From the IMG/VR virus record IMGVR_UViG_3300042474_001006: a stretch of DNA of 64,000 nucleotides; one strand, written 5' to 3'. Below are positions 29,501 through 39,400 of the stretch, in pieces. The position numbers were made by a program, and so were the translations under genes. Under the pieces are notes generated by a model, which worked only from the letters and a program-made list of their open reading frames with translations, did no database searches and had not been told where the DNA came from. The stretch comes from an uncultured virus (IMG/VR IMGVR_UViG_3300042474_001006) (lineage: Duplodnaviria; Heunggongvirae; Uroviricota; Caudoviricetes). The stretch's first letter is position 1. The number at the start of each line of letters is the position of its first letter.

Positions 29501-30003
29501 GTGGAACTGCTTTTGTTGCCACAAGTGAGACCCTTGTTAAATCAGCTGGTAACGTAACAAGCAGCACTTATGTTATTCCACCAAGTGATTTTAATGACTC
29601 TAATAATAGAAAATATTATAGGGCATTTGCTACAGCAACAAATGCGGCAGGAACCTCTAATAATGGAACCTTTACGGCTGGTGAAGAGCTAGGGCCAATA
29701 ACAAGTGCCCCTGCTACACCAGCACCAGTCCTTTCTACTATAACTGGAGACAACAGCTTGGTACTCGGAGGAACCTTTTCTTGGTCTTTTACAAACTCTC
29801 CAACCGCGTACTCTGTTTTTTGCACAGGACCTACTGGAACTGTTTTTACTACAAGTAACGCATACAGCTACAGTGGAACAACTTTCCGACCAGGATACGA
29901 TGGAAATGGATGGCAAGGGCCTGGAGACTATACAATTTATGTATCTGCTAGAAATGCTGGCGGAGACTCCGCTGTTGCATCATTCACTAAATCTATGAGC
30001 TGA
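26587..30003 (+). CDS. Ser/Thr-rich tail fibre or receptor-binding protein with Ig-like and NIDO-like domains
   Basis: Beta-sandwich repeats, YVSTNGYI...IAPLNGDL, C-terminal Ig/FN3 (YTIYVSARNAGG). Confidence 0.65.
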   Translation: MGIYRKTTPSSYPNTPASNFTDSSKHWRKHKNMYRRTSDNETASLTTVPGRYTDDTRSWRRIRALYRFTSSGTWQKIFGKFAGQPYPETSASIRYDSYTGTVVGDFAEMGPGSTSIAQGSTATTFLWGRDGQDWQNIETLASRSRTFVQASTPVAETAQPITNDEGNFDGDKLRNSESVILQYDGKYVWYRDRITLSNGSTGTSYSQPVRIIKQQPVINNLAFKTNNDVSAGERKDVSFSIANQWYRSIDKTNSMFRWYILDSQYETPTQSKLWNSTSVSSVILTENTTVLTGEDFFTIPTTFGGVSTTGKWLHVELRLKNSSSDTDLDYALAPYNDVTDYVVAQIGASMPSFTYSLTNISSVTTPSAPVQQRVSATSNTVLIEMSSSFPSDTESYELWSYGAGSSAGGTLADPSVQTVSTLNQYNSSGNFVPTGGSFDTVTNISSTASNSPISTFTKAIGTSRALRFNVSSTSGAQSWKINYTISGASSGNGTFALNTNSMPASITISGAANPTVTITGVTAYSDLNQMGATKAGTAGSQVSLSTITKPVAFSTTSTSNYTFYTNVQVTGSQRRITLPSAFTSGTNIYVSTNGYINWGGIEEQSDPFGSVTIPSFNKSGITIAPLNGDLRQGAVSATSNTSTGGLWVFADATNYWVTWWGNYYTDATQVARYQVKFYWNQSYADVYIVNNSLTTITPSIVAVQNGATVSQSWSSTTAQTSTLLPTASMNRISTQDGVDDNRTLIAAIASQPPTGGTTTVSPSSGAVGTAFSAETSGWSGAQPITFGYQWQALNRFGFYWETLSTASTFTPTEAQRSNALSFRLVLTASNGISPNGTTLTSFSVTQAAVIPTISMLANSGISQTAGTINWSSTNQNTWSSTGTFSGSGSSEKTLSKTALVAGTTYTGTVTVTSVTGNTASANYSLTTTAAASVPVNISVPTLSGGLAVGTTFTFGVGQWLGSPTSYDLRLYRGTAFVATSETLVKSAGNVTSSTYVIPPSDFNDSNNRKYYRAFATATNAAGTSNNGTFTAGEELGPITSAPATPAPVLSTITGDNSLVLGGTFSWSFTNSPTAYSVFCTGPTGTVFTTSNAYSYSGTTFRPGYDGNGWQGPGDYTIYVSARNAGGDSAVASFTKSMS

Positions 30004-30010
30004 TGATATT

Positions 30011-30220
30011 ATGCTAAGTAATGAAGAAAAGATATACTTAATTGATTTAAAGATAGGGTTTTGGAATAAACGCCTTGAGGAAAGTATTATGGCTAAGCCA
30101 ATCTTAAATAATTTGGGTAACCAAGGGAAAATAGAAGAAAATATAATAGACATAGATAACTATGCTAGAATTATAGAGGCGCTAAACCAAGAAAAGAGTT
30201 CCTTGACTAATCAAGGTTAA
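30011..30220 (+). CDS. Small helical protein after the tail fibre
   Basis: 69 aa ORF; N-terminus LSNEEK resembles that of the next gene. Confidence 0.6.
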   Translation: MLSNEEKIYLIDLKIGFWNKRLEESIMAKPILNNLGNQGKIEENIIDIDNYARIIEALNQEKSSLTNQG

Positions 30221-30230
30221 ATGCTATAAT
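30203..30230 (+). promoter_or_regulatory. Promoter
   Basis: TTGACT-16 bp-TATAAT with extended TG; AGGAGG SD follows. Confidence 0.65.
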
Positions 30231-30247
30231 ATGAAAGGAGGAATAAA

Positions 30248-30472
30248 ATGACAACAACACTAACTAACATAGAAAAAAAATCTATTATTGACCAGGCCAT
30301 TAAGCAGCTAGACTACTCTATTTATGCTTCTGAAATAGAAGTTATTCAGATTTCTGCTGTAACGCCAAGAGACCAAGAGCAGTTTGATGCTTATACAGCA
30401 AGAATTGCAAATCTAAATGCCAAGAGATCAGCTCTTGTCGCAGAAGAATTACTATTAACAGAAGAGGAATAA
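30248..30472 (+). CDS. Small helical protein
   Basis: Strong SD; LTNIEKKSII N-terminus. Confidence 0.7.
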   Translation: MTTTLTNIEKKSIIDQAIKQLDYSIYASEIEVIQISAVTPRDQEQFDAYTARIANLNAKRSALVAEELLLTEEE

Positions 30473-30475
30473 AAA

Positions 30476-30664
30476 GTGGTAGATAAAGCTGAATTAATTA
30501 TTACTGCATTGCAACAAAGAATTGGTGAAATAGTTTCTAACTATGAAACTCAAATTGCTGTACTCCGTGCAGAATTAACACAGCTGTCTGAAGAAAAGGA
30601 TAGCCATCAAAAAGCTGTTGATGAATATTCAAAATCACTAGAGACTAAGTTAGAAGAGGTTTAA
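30476..30664 (+). CDS. Small coiled-coil protein
   Basis: Heptad pattern, SD present. Confidence 0.65.
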   Translation: MVDKAELIITALQQRIGEIVSNYETQIAVLRAELTQLSEEKDSHQKAVDEYSKSLETKLEEV

Positions 30665-30665
30665 A

Positions 30666-31091
30666 ATGACAGAGGTATTTCAAGATGGTGAGCCAGTAGA
30701 CGCTCAGAAGTTAAGAAAGATGCAAGCCGATATTTCTGCAGCCCTGCTTAAAGCAGAAGATACTTATAGTCTTAGCCAAGCTACGGCAAAAGATGTGTCT
30801 GTTTTAAATGTTACCCATACAAAAGCATACAGAGTTGTATTTGAAAATGGATTAAATAAAGACAGCACTGGTAATACAGAGGACATTATCATGGATTGGA
30901 ATGGATACACTGATGTATTTCTTACAGCCACACCAAGAGGAAATCTTTATAAGTATAATCTTCAATGGTCAATTACTGGAGGAATAGGTGCTTTTAAGCT
31001 TACCGTTAACAACAAAAGTGGTGCAGTAATTGGCGGAACTCCAACATTTGATATTATTGCTGCTGGTACAAAACCAAGCAAAACAGCATAA
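30666..31091 (+). CDS. Hypothetical protein, last of the virion module
   Basis: FQDGEPVDAQKL N-terminus, beta-rich C-terminus. Confidence 0.6.
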   Translation: MTEVFQDGEPVDAQKLRKMQADISAALLKAEDTYSLSQATAKDVSVLNVTHTKAYRVVFENGLNKDSTGNTEDIIMDWNGYTDVFLTATPRGNLYKYNLQWSITGGIGAFKLTVNNKSGAVIGGTPTFDIIAAGTKPSKTA

Positions 31092-31097
31092 CTTCTA

Positions 31098-31125
31098 TTG
31101 ACAATCTCAATAAATATGTTACAAT
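31098..31125 (+). promoter_or_regulatory. Promoter for the replication module
   Basis: TTGACA-16 bp-TACAAT with extended TG. Confidence 0.7.
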
Positions 31126-31137
31126 TAATGTAACATC

Positions 31138-31162
31138 AAAGTCACGTACCCGTGACTTTTTT
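31138..31162 (+). terminator. Hairpin with U-tract (terminator or operator)
   Basis: aaagtcacg-tacc-cgtgactttttt. Confidence 0.6.
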
Positions 31163-31179
31163 ACATATTAAGGTAAATA

Positions 31180-31980
31180 ATGAGCAACGATTTAAAGTGG
31201 ATGATTTCATCCGACCAGCAATTCCCATATCAGGATGATAAAATGATCGCACTTTGGTTTAAAGTTATGAAGTGGTTTAAGCCAGATGTTGTTGACTACC
31301 TTGGTGATACGGACGATCAAGCATGCTATAGTAAGTACACAGAAGGAAGATCTGCAGAATTTTTAAATCTTCATAAGACAGATAGCCGAGATTTAATTGT
31401 TCCAATGATGCGACATGAAGCAAAAGGCGCAAGAGATTTTTATACAAAGACTAGAGAGATGCTCCCAGAGGCACAGCTATTTTCTGCTCTTGGAAATCAC
31501 GATGTTAGAATTTTTAATTATGTAGATGCAAAGCTTCCAGATTATATTAATGAGGTTACTCCAGAAGCTCTATGGGGATTAGATTCACTAGGGTATGAAT
31601 ATATTCATTATAATGAATTGCCTAAGCGCCGCTTTGGAGACATCCATGTTCATCATGGTCTCTCTATTGCATCAACAGGATCAGTCCGAAAAGATATGGA
31701 AGATCTTCAAATTTCTTTAATTAGAGGGCACTCTCATAGAATTGCTTCCCACTTAGTTACATATGAATTAAGAAATAATGGAGAGGGAGAAACTCTTCGT
31801 GGCTATGAACTTGGTCACATGTGCGATGAAAAGGGTCCAGGAATGAAGTACATGCAGCACCACGATTGGCAAAAAGGTTTTGCCATTGCACATATTGTAA
31901 ATGATTATCCACATATTCAGATGATCCATGTGGCACCAGATTACTCATGTGTTGTTGATGGGAAACTATTTACGCTATGA
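31180..31980 (+). CDS. Calcineurin-like metallophosphoesterase
   Basis: SDxQ, LGDxxD, GNHD, HHG and GHSH motifs. Confidence 0.88.
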   Translation: MSNDLKWMISSDQQFPYQDDKMIALWFKVMKWFKPDVVDYLGDTDDQACYSKYTEGRSAEFLNLHKTDSRDLIVPMMRHEAKGARDFYTKTREMLPEAQLFSALGNHDVRIFNYVDAKLPDYINEVTPEALWGLDSLGYEYIHYNELPKRRFGDIHVHHGLSIASTGSVRKDMEDLQISLIRGHSHRIASHLVTYELRNNGEGETLRGYELGHMCDEKGPGMKYMQHHDWQKGFAIAHIVNDYPHIQMIHVAPDYSCVVDGKLFTL

Positions 31981-32165
31981 TGAAATGCAATAAATGCCAG
32001 GGGAGAGTTTTTGTCGATAGAGTGTTTTCACAAAAATTACACGTAGAGCTTTTCTGCATGATGTGCGGTAAAAGATGGATGATTAATAAGGACACGAGTG
32101 CATTAGGTAAATGGATAGAAAAAAGAGAAAACAGTCAGCTAAGAGCATTCGGTATTTCTTCTTAA
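31977..32165 (+). CDS. Zn-ribbon protein
   Basis: CxxC...CxxCG. Confidence 0.7.
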   Translation: MMKCNKCQGRVFVDRVFSQKLHVELFCMMCGKRWMINKDTSALGKWIEKRENSQLRAFGISS

Positions 32166-32593
32166 ATAACAAGATACATAAAGTATTAAGTCATTCAAGA
32201 TCTAAAGACCAAATGGTTGCTTGGTGCTATCCAGATAAAAAGAGATTGCTATACTCTTATTCACAAGTTTTAAAAACTATGGAGAATGCTTATTCAACTA
32301 GTCAGGTAGCCCAGATGCTAGGTAAGCATAAAGTTACTATAGAAGATTATATTTTGGACGGGAAGATAAGATATCCTCAAAAGGTATATCCAATAGGTAA
32401 CCCAGATAGTACATGGTATAAGTTTATGTATAGTGAATCGGACATTATGGACATTCATGAGTTTATATTAGAATCAGGGTATTCTAATAACATGCCTTCA
32501 AAAAATGAGATGAAGGCTCTTCTCAAACACAACACTATATTGTATACTAAGACAACAGAAGGGAACTTTGTGCCAGTATGGAAAGCAGAGTAG
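32111..32593 (+). CDS. MerR/excisionase-like HTH DNA-binding protein
   Basis: YSTSQVAQMLGKHKVTIEDYILDGKI. Confidence 0.75.
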   Translation: MDRKKRKQSAKSIRYFFLNNKIHKVLSHSRSKDQMVAWCYPDKKRLLYSYSQVLKTMENAYSTSQVAQMLGKHKVTIEDYILDGKIRYPQKVYPIGNPDSTWYKFMYSESDIMDIHEFILESGYSNNMPSKNEMKALLKHNTILYTKTTEGNFVPVWKAE

Positions 32594-32700
32594 CACCAGC
32601 AAGAGTTGTAGTATGTGAAATATGTAAAAAAGAATTAGTAGTTCGTTGGGGCATTTTTGCCCATGACACTTTAAGCAGACATAGAAAGGCGGAGCACTAA
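32578..32700 (+). CDS. 40-aa C2H2 zinc-finger microprotein (not in ORF track)
   Basis: MESRVAPARVVVCEICKKELVVRWGIFAHDTLSRHRKAEH; fills the gap and overlaps both neighbours. Confidence 0.65.
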   Translation: MESRVAPARVVVCEICKKELVVRWGIFAHDTLSRHRKAEH

Positions 32701-32909
32701 TGGAAAAAGGAACTCAAGTTAGAGTAGATCTATCTTTTACACGCAACCTTGGAAACTTTGAAAGCATTAAGATTGGTATCGGAGTTGACGACTTTGTTAG
32801 AGAAGGCGAAACAGTAGATGCCGCAGCAGATCGAGTCTATAAGTTTGTAGAAGATAAGCTAATTCAAAAGACACAAGAAGTAGAAGAGGAATTGCGTGGC
32901 AGCAAATAA
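32700..32909 (+). CDS. Hypothetical phage protein
   Basis: TRNLGNFESIKI motif; operonic overlap. Confidence 0.7.
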   Translation: MEKGTQVRVDLSFTRNLGNFESIKIGIGVDDFVREGETVDAAADRVYKFVEDKLIQKTQEVEEELRGSK

Positions 32910-33210
32910 AGAACCCTACATCCTACTTTCTTTGTATTCTAATTTATATGAGGAGGCTTATAAGTCAAAGCCAACAATTAATAGATATAAAGAGAAGTGG
33001 GCTATGCAGGATGTAATTGATAGCATAGGGTTTGATAGAGCTAAAGACGTATTAGAATATTATTTTAAGACTGGGAAGAACAGACACCCACTTAATTTCT
33101 TTTACAATAATTTTGACAGAATAGAAGACATGATGATTCAAATTAAAGAAGATAAAGTTAACAGAAGCCGTCTGTTGCAAGAAACTAAAAGAATGGTTGA
33201 GGATAATTAG
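32896..33210 (+). CDS. Hypothetical protein (possible helicase loader)
   Basis: Directly upstream of and coupled to the DnaB-like helicase. Confidence 0.55.
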   Translation: MAANKEPYILLSLYSNLYEEAYKSKPTINRYKEKWAMQDVIDSIGFDRAKDVLEYYFKTGKNRHPLNFFYNNFDRIEDMMIQIKEDKVNRSRLLQETKRMVEDN

Positions 33211-34445
33211 TGAATACAGAAGCAGAACTAATTTCAGCAGTTTGTAAAAACAAAGACATAAGCACCATTCTTGCAGATAATTCAGACGACCTATTTGTAT
33301 CTCATAAAGATATCTGGGAAGGCCTCAAGTCATACTATTATAAGTTTAGGGCAGTTCCAGAGGTTGGAATTTTGCAGGATAAGTTTAAAGACTTTGAGCC
33401 AGTTGAAACAAAAGGGGAGACTGGATACTATTTAGACAAACTAAAAAATGAATTTGTGGGCAACAAGCTAAAGACAATTCTTATGCAGGCTGGCTCATCT
33501 CTAAAAGAAGATGCACCATCTAGAGTGCTTGGAACAATGCAGTCTCAATTAGCAAACTTAAGTAGATACACTAATAATGTTAAAGACTTAGATATCACAG
33601 ACCTTGACTCAGCTGAAAGACACTATGAGTCAGTTAAAACTAGATCTCTAGCAATGGGAGGAAGCCCAGGAATTTTAACTGGCTTTGAAGCTATAGATAA
33701 GGCCTACCCAACTGGTATGGCTCCAGGTCACCTCATTGTTGCAATTGGATGGCCAGGCCGAGGAAAGACATGGTTCACATCTTACTTGGCATGCAAAGCT
33801 TGGGAGCAAGGGTTTAAGCCAATGATTGTTTCTCTTGAAATGGCTCCAGAAAATATGCGAGATCGAATTTACACAATGCTAGGATCTGGATTATTCAGAG
33901 CCAGCGATCTTTCTAAGGGTGATATTAACATTGATGATTTTAAAACTTGGGGAAAGAAAAAAACCGAAGGTAAGAATAGTTTTATCCTTGTCTCAAATGA
34001 AGGTGCTGGAGAAGTAACACCAGCAACTATTCAAGGAAAGATCGATCAACATAAACCAGATCTAGTTATCCTTGACTACCATCAGCTGTTCAATGATAAT
34101 AAGAGAAGCAATTCTGAAGTTGAAAGAAATAGAAATATCTCAAGAGACTTCAAACTCCTTGCTGTAACAAATGGAATTCCTATTATTGATATTACTGCTG
34201 CAACTGCAGATGATATCTCAGATCAAAAGGAACCCCCAATGATGAGTCAGGTTGCATGGTCAAAAGCCATTGAGTATGATGCTGATATGGCTATTGCAAT
34301 TCATAAGCATGCCAATACAGATCTTATTGAGGTTGTCTCTAGAAAGAATAGACATGGACATGACTTTAGGTTCTTCCTTGACTGGGATATAAATAGGGGA
34401 GTAATTACTCCAATCTATGAAGACCTTCCAGAGCTGAGCAAGTGA
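33210..34445 (+). CDS. dnaB: Replicative DnaB-like helicase
   Basis: GWPGRGKT Walker A, SLEM, VILDYHQL, IEYDAD and KNRHG motifs. Confidence 0.93.
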   Translation: MNTEAELISAVCKNKDISTILADNSDDLFVSHKDIWEGLKSYYYKFRAVPEVGILQDKFKDFEPVETKGETGYYLDKLKNEFVGNKLKTILMQAGSSLKEDAPSRVLGTMQSQLANLSRYTNNVKDLDITDLDSAERHYESVKTRSLAMGGSPGILTGFEAIDKAYPTGMAPGHLIVAIGWPGRGKTWFTSYLACKAWEQGFKPMIVSLEMAPENMRDRIYTMLGSGLFRASDLSKGDINIDDFKTWGKKKTEGKNSFILVSNEGAGEVTPATIQGKIDQHKPDLVILDYHQLFNDNKRSNSEVERNRNISRDFKLLAVTNGIPIIDITAATADDISDQKEPPMMSQVAWSKAIEYDADMAIAIHKHANTDLIEVVSRKNRHGHDFRFFLDWDINRGVITPIYEDLPELSK

Positions 34446-34732
34446 CCCATAAAAATATTAAAAGGTTTCAGATAAGAGTTGAGTTTTTAGATGATTCTGA
34501 CATGATCAGAATTAAAAAACAATATGAAGATTTGCTTGTAAGCCAAATGAAAGATTCTGGATACGCCAGGGTACTTGACATAGACCCAGCTTTTTCGGTA
34601 GAATTTGACGGACAGACATGGAAGTTCTTAATGACTCTCCATGGAGTTTATGTAGGAAAGAAGAAAGCATGGCAATTAGAGGGTATGACACAAGGAAAGT
34701 TGATACAACGGAATATTCCCATGCCCACGTAA
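34442..34732 (+). CDS. Hypothetical protein
   Basis: Operonic ORF between helicase and primase. Confidence 0.6.
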   Translation: MTHKNIKRFQIRVEFLDDSDMIRIKKQYEDLLVSQMKDSGYARVLDIDPAFSVEFDGQTWKFLMTLHGVYVGKKKAWQLEGMTQGKLIQRNIPMPT

Positions 34733-35658
34733 GGTCAATAGTACAAAGCCTAGGAATAGATATGGTTGGAGAAACATCCAACGACTTTTTAGCATACTGC
34801 CCATTTCATTCAAATAGACACACATCAAGCTTTAGTATAAGTAAAACAAAGGGTGCCTACATTTGTTTTAACCCTTCTTGCGGTGAGGCTGGAACCTTAA
34901 ACGATCTAGTAAAAAAGATTTTAAACAAAAATGAATTTCAGTCTTTAAGATATATTGAATCAAAGCAGTCTGAGTCGCTAGAAAACTTTGATGAATCATT
35001 AAAGGATATCTTAGAAGATAAGCCAGACTTTATTGAATTTCCAGCAGACAAATTGATTAACTTGCATAATGGATTAATTAATAGCAACAAAGCTCAGGAA
35101 TATTTAAAGTCTCGTGGTATTGATTTAGATTCAATTAAACATTTTTCATTAGGATATTCAGACAATATGGACATGATAACTGTCCCAGTTCATAGCCCAG
35201 ACGGGGTAGCAGTAGGTGTTGTTGGTAGATCTATTTCTGATAAGAGATTTAAGAATAGCAAAGACCTTCCAAGAAGTAAGACTATGTTTAATATACACCG
35301 TGCTAAAAAAATTGGAGATAGGGTTATTGTTGTAGAGTCCAGTTTTGATGCAATTCGTGTTCACCAAGCTGGGTTTCCAAATGTTGTTGCTACGCTTGGT
35401 GGTCACATATCTGGACAAAACCTTAGTCTATTAAATAGATATTTTAATACAGTTATTATTATGACAGATGCAGACAAGGCGGGAAGAGATTTAGGCTCAA
35501 CAATTGCATATAAACTAAGTAACAAAAACATCTTGTGGGCATCGCATTCTTATGGTAGAATATATCCAGAGGGTGTAAAAGATGCAGGTGATATGTCTGA
35601 TGAAGATATTAAAGCCTGTATAACAAATGCCATATCTAATTTCGAATATAGAACATAA
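34669..35658 (+). CDS. dnaG: DNA primase (CHC2 zinc finger plus TOPRIM)
   Basis: CPFH...CFNPSC, VVESSFDA, DADKAG and KDAGD. Confidence 0.92.
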   Translation: MAIRGYDTRKVDTTEYSHAHVRSIVQSLGIDMVGETSNDFLAYCPFHSNRHTSSFSISKTKGAYICFNPSCGEAGTLNDLVKKILNKNEFQSLRYIESKQSESLENFDESLKDILEDKPDFIEFPADKLINLHNGLINSNKAQEYLKSRGIDLDSIKHFSLGYSDNMDMITVPVHSPDGVAVGVVGRSISDKRFKNSKDLPRSKTMFNIHRAKKIGDRVIVVESSFDAIRVHQAGFPNVVATLGGHISGQNLSLLNRYFNTVIIMTDADKAGRDLGSTIAYKLSNKNILWASHSYGRIYPEGVKDAGDMSDEDIKACITNAISNFEYRT

Positions 35659-35717
35659 CCTCACAAAATTTGTGGTCACAAACGGATATATACCGTTACA
35701 TACATAAGGAGAAATAC

Positions 35718-36398
35718 ATGTCAAAAATCGTAGGACTAGCAGGAATGGCAAGAGCCATGGAAAAGACTTCATATTCAAATGGAGAAGATAGTAAAGCAAA
35801 GTGGTTAAAGATTGAAGATGGAGAAAAGGTAATTATTAGATTTCTTCAGGAGTTAGATCCAAATTCTCCAAACTATGACGCTAAGCTAGGCTACGGCTTC
35901 TTTGCTGTAGAACATACAAGCCCAAAGGATTACAGACGAAAAGCTTTATGCTCCTTTGATGATGAAGGCAGATGCTACGGCTGTGAACAAAATAGATCAA
36001 ATCCAAAGACCAACTGGAATGCCAAAAAACGAATGTATGTTAACGTTTTAGTAAATGATGGAAAAAATGATCCATACGTTGCAATTCTTTCACAGGGAAT
36101 TAGCGGTAAGACAATAACTCCAACAGTAGCTGAATATGCTGAGCTAACTGGAAGTATTACCAACCTAACATGGCAAATAAAGAGGTCTGGAACAAAAACA
36201 GACACTAGCTACACAATTATCCCTATCCCTGCAGCTAAAGATGAAAAGCCATTTGACTTTTCTTCTGTCGAGTTGTTTGATTTGGACAAGACAGCAGTTC
36301 GTAGCGTACCATACTCAGAGCAAGCATCATTTTATACAGGTGAATCATCTCAAGAAGAACGAGAGTCTTCATCAACAAGCAGCAGCGTAGACTGGTAA
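35718..36398 (+). CDS. Phage ssDNA-binding protein (gp32-like)
   Basis: IRFL, H/C/C/C Zn ligands, IKRSGTKTDTSYTI, acidic C-terminal tail ending VDW; AGGAG SD. Confidence 0.75.
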   Translation: MSKIVGLAGMARAMEKTSYSNGEDSKAKWLKIEDGEKVIIRFLQELDPNSPNYDAKLGYGFFAVEHTSPKDYRRKALCSFDDEGRCYGCEQNRSNPKTNWNAKKRMYVNVLVNDGKNDPYVAILSQGISGKTITPTVAEYAELTGSITNLTWQIKRSGTKTDTSYTIIPIPAAKDEKPFDFSSVELFDLDKTAVRSVPYSEQASFYTGESSQEERESSSTSSSVDW

Positions 36399-36423
36399 GA
36401 GAGAGTATAGGCGGAGAATTAAG

Positions 36424-39400
36424 TTGAACTTCACACATTTGCATGTGCATTCTTTCTATTCATTAATGGATGGGCTTAATTCTCCTGCCGAGCTCGTAAA
36501 AGCTGCAAAAGAAGCTGGACAAACTTCCCTGGCGATTACTGACCATGGAACATTGTCTTCTCACCGAGAAATGCAAATAGCCTGCAAAGAGCAAGGAATC
36601 AAGCCAATACTTGGGGTTGAGGCATATATTTCACCCACAGATAGATTTGATAGATCTTCAAAGACTGATAAATCTATTCAGGCTTACAATCACATTATTC
36701 TTTTAGCTAAAAATAAAAAGGGCTTAGAGAATATAAACACACTCCAAGAGCTTGCTTGGACAGAAGGCTTTTATCACAAGCCAAGAATTGACAGAGAGGT
36801 TTTAAACGATTATGCAGAAGGTATTATTGTATTGTCTGGATGTCTTAACGGTCTTATTTCTAAGGCTATTGAAAAAGGCGAGTTCTCTGAAGCTAAAATG
36901 GTTCTCAAAGATTTTCAGAAAACTTTTGGTAAAGACTTTTATGTTGAGGTTCAATCTCACAACCCCGAAGAAATAAACTCAAAGCTTCTTGAATTTGCAG
37001 ATGAGCTGGGAATCAAGGCGGTGGCAACAGGTGATGCCCACTTTGCTAAAGAAGAAGATAGAGTACTAGAAGAAGCAATGCTTATTTTATCAACATCTCC
37101 TAAGTCAGATAAAGATGCAGATTTTGAAATGTCTAGACAAATGCCAGATATGCTGGATAGATTTAATTACTTGTATCCAGACCGTAGAATATCATTTCAA
37201 GACTATAATCTATTTATTCAAAGTAGGTCTGAAATTGAGGCGGACTTTAATAAGGCAGGCATTACTCGTACAGATATATATGATAATACAATGGAGATTG
37301 CAGACAAGATTGAGGAATATGACTTCTATGAGGGGCTAGATCTGCTACCTATCCCAAAGACCAATGCTGACAAGAAACTGTCTGATATGGCCTTAGAAGG
37401 CCTTAAAAGACTATCCCTAGACAAAGATCAGGTCTACTTGGATAGAATTGCAGAAGAGTTATCTATAATTAAAGATAAGGCATTTGCTTCATATTTCCTA
37501 GTTGTGGCAGATATGATTACATGGGCTAAGTCAAATAATATTATGGTTGGACCAGGTCGTGGTTCTGCAGCTGGCTCATTGGTTTGCTATGCTCTTGGGA
37601 TTACAGATGTAGATCCAATTAAATATGATCTTCTGTTTTTTAGATTTATTAATCCAGAACGTAATGACTTTCCAGATATTGATACCGACTTTGAAGACCG
37701 CCGTCGCAAAGAGGTAAAGGATTACTTAAAGAAAAAGTTTAAGCACGTTGCATCAATTTCTACATTTACTTATTTTAAAGATAAGGGTGTTATTAGAGAT
37801 GCTGCTAGAGTATTTATGGTTCCACTTTCAGATGTTAACCGTGCAATGAAATCAATTGATACCTTTGAAGACTTTATGGATTCTCCTAATACAAAAGAGT
37901 TTAGAGCAAAGTATCCAGAAGTAACTTGGCTTGCAGAAAGACTTCGTGGAAAAATTCGAAGTGTTGGAGTACATGCTGCAGGTGTTGTAGTGGCAAAAGA
38001 TGATTTGAGAAAGTATGCGCCAATAGAGTCCAGAGCTGATGCAAACGATGAAGTCTCTGGAAGAATTCCAGTCGTGGCATACGATATGGATACGGTTGCA
38101 GATATAGGTCTTATTAAGCTAGATGCCCTAGGCCTTAAGACTTTATCTGTGATCTCTGACACTTTAAAATCAATTAAGAATAGAACTGGCAAAGACATTA
38201 ATCTTTATGACATTGCCCTAGATGATGAAAATGTTTATAAGATTTTTAACGATGGGTACACAAAGGGAGTGTTTCAAGCAGAAGCAACACCATATACAAA
38301 CTTGCTTATAAAAATGCGTGTTGATAAATTTGAAGACTTAGCTGCATCCAATGCTTTGGTCAGACCAGGAGCAATGAATACAGTTGGCGCATCTTACATT
38401 AAACGAAAGCACGGCAATGAGGCAGTTAACTATATCCACCCAATCATGAAGCCGTTTACTGAAAACACATATGGGGTGATTATATATCAAGAGCAGGTTA
38501 TGCAAGCATGCGTACACCTAGGAGGAATGACTTGGTCAGAGGCTGACAAGGTTAGAAAGGTTATTGGTAAAAAGCAAGATGCAAAAGAACTCAGTCCATT
38601 CAAAGATAAATTTATTCAAGGCGCTAAAAAGCATATCAGCGCAGAAGAAGCAGATAACCTCTGGAAAACATTTGAAGCTCACGCTGGATACTCATTCAAT
38701 CGTAGTCACGCTGTCGCTTATTCTATGCTTTCTTATTATACCGCTTGGCTTAAGTGCTATTATCCTTTGGAATTTTTATTCTCGATCCTCAAAAACGAAG
38801 GTGACAAAGACGCCAGAACAGGCTATTTGATTGAAGCAAAAAGACTTGGTATTAAAGTAAAGCTTCCGCATGTAAATGAGTCTGATGTAAACTTTTCACT
38901 ACAAAAGGATTCAATTAGATTTGGATTAGCAGAGATTAAATTTATTTCAGATAGTATTGCAAATAAAATTATAGAAAAGAGACCATATGAAAACTACAAA
39001 GACTTTGTTGACAAAGCATCCAAGAAAGGTAGCGGCATTAATTCTAGGGCCATTGCTTCTCTTAACTCTATTGGGGGCGCTGCTTTTGATGATAACCCTA
39101 GAAGCGGTAAAGAAGCCGAGTCTTATTACGAATTTTTAGGAATACCTTCATTTAACCTTTCCAACTTAGACCCAAAGATTAAAGCGCAAGCTAGACCGAT
39201 TGATGAATTTGAAGAGCTGGGATCATTCGTAATGTTTGGTATGGCCAAAAGCATCAAGCGTGGTAATGGCTGGTCAAGAATTGAACTTGTCGATGAAAGT
39301 GGATCTGTAGGATTATTCGATATAGAGCAAACAAAAATAGAAACAAACAAAATGTATTTTGTTCTTGTTGGCGACAATAGAATATCTAGATATGTAGAGG

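Noticed and set aside
22173..30003. Diversity-generating retroelement or invertible tail-fibre cassette
   Set aside because: No reverse transcriptase, invertase or TR/VR repeat pair noticed in the window (by eye only)
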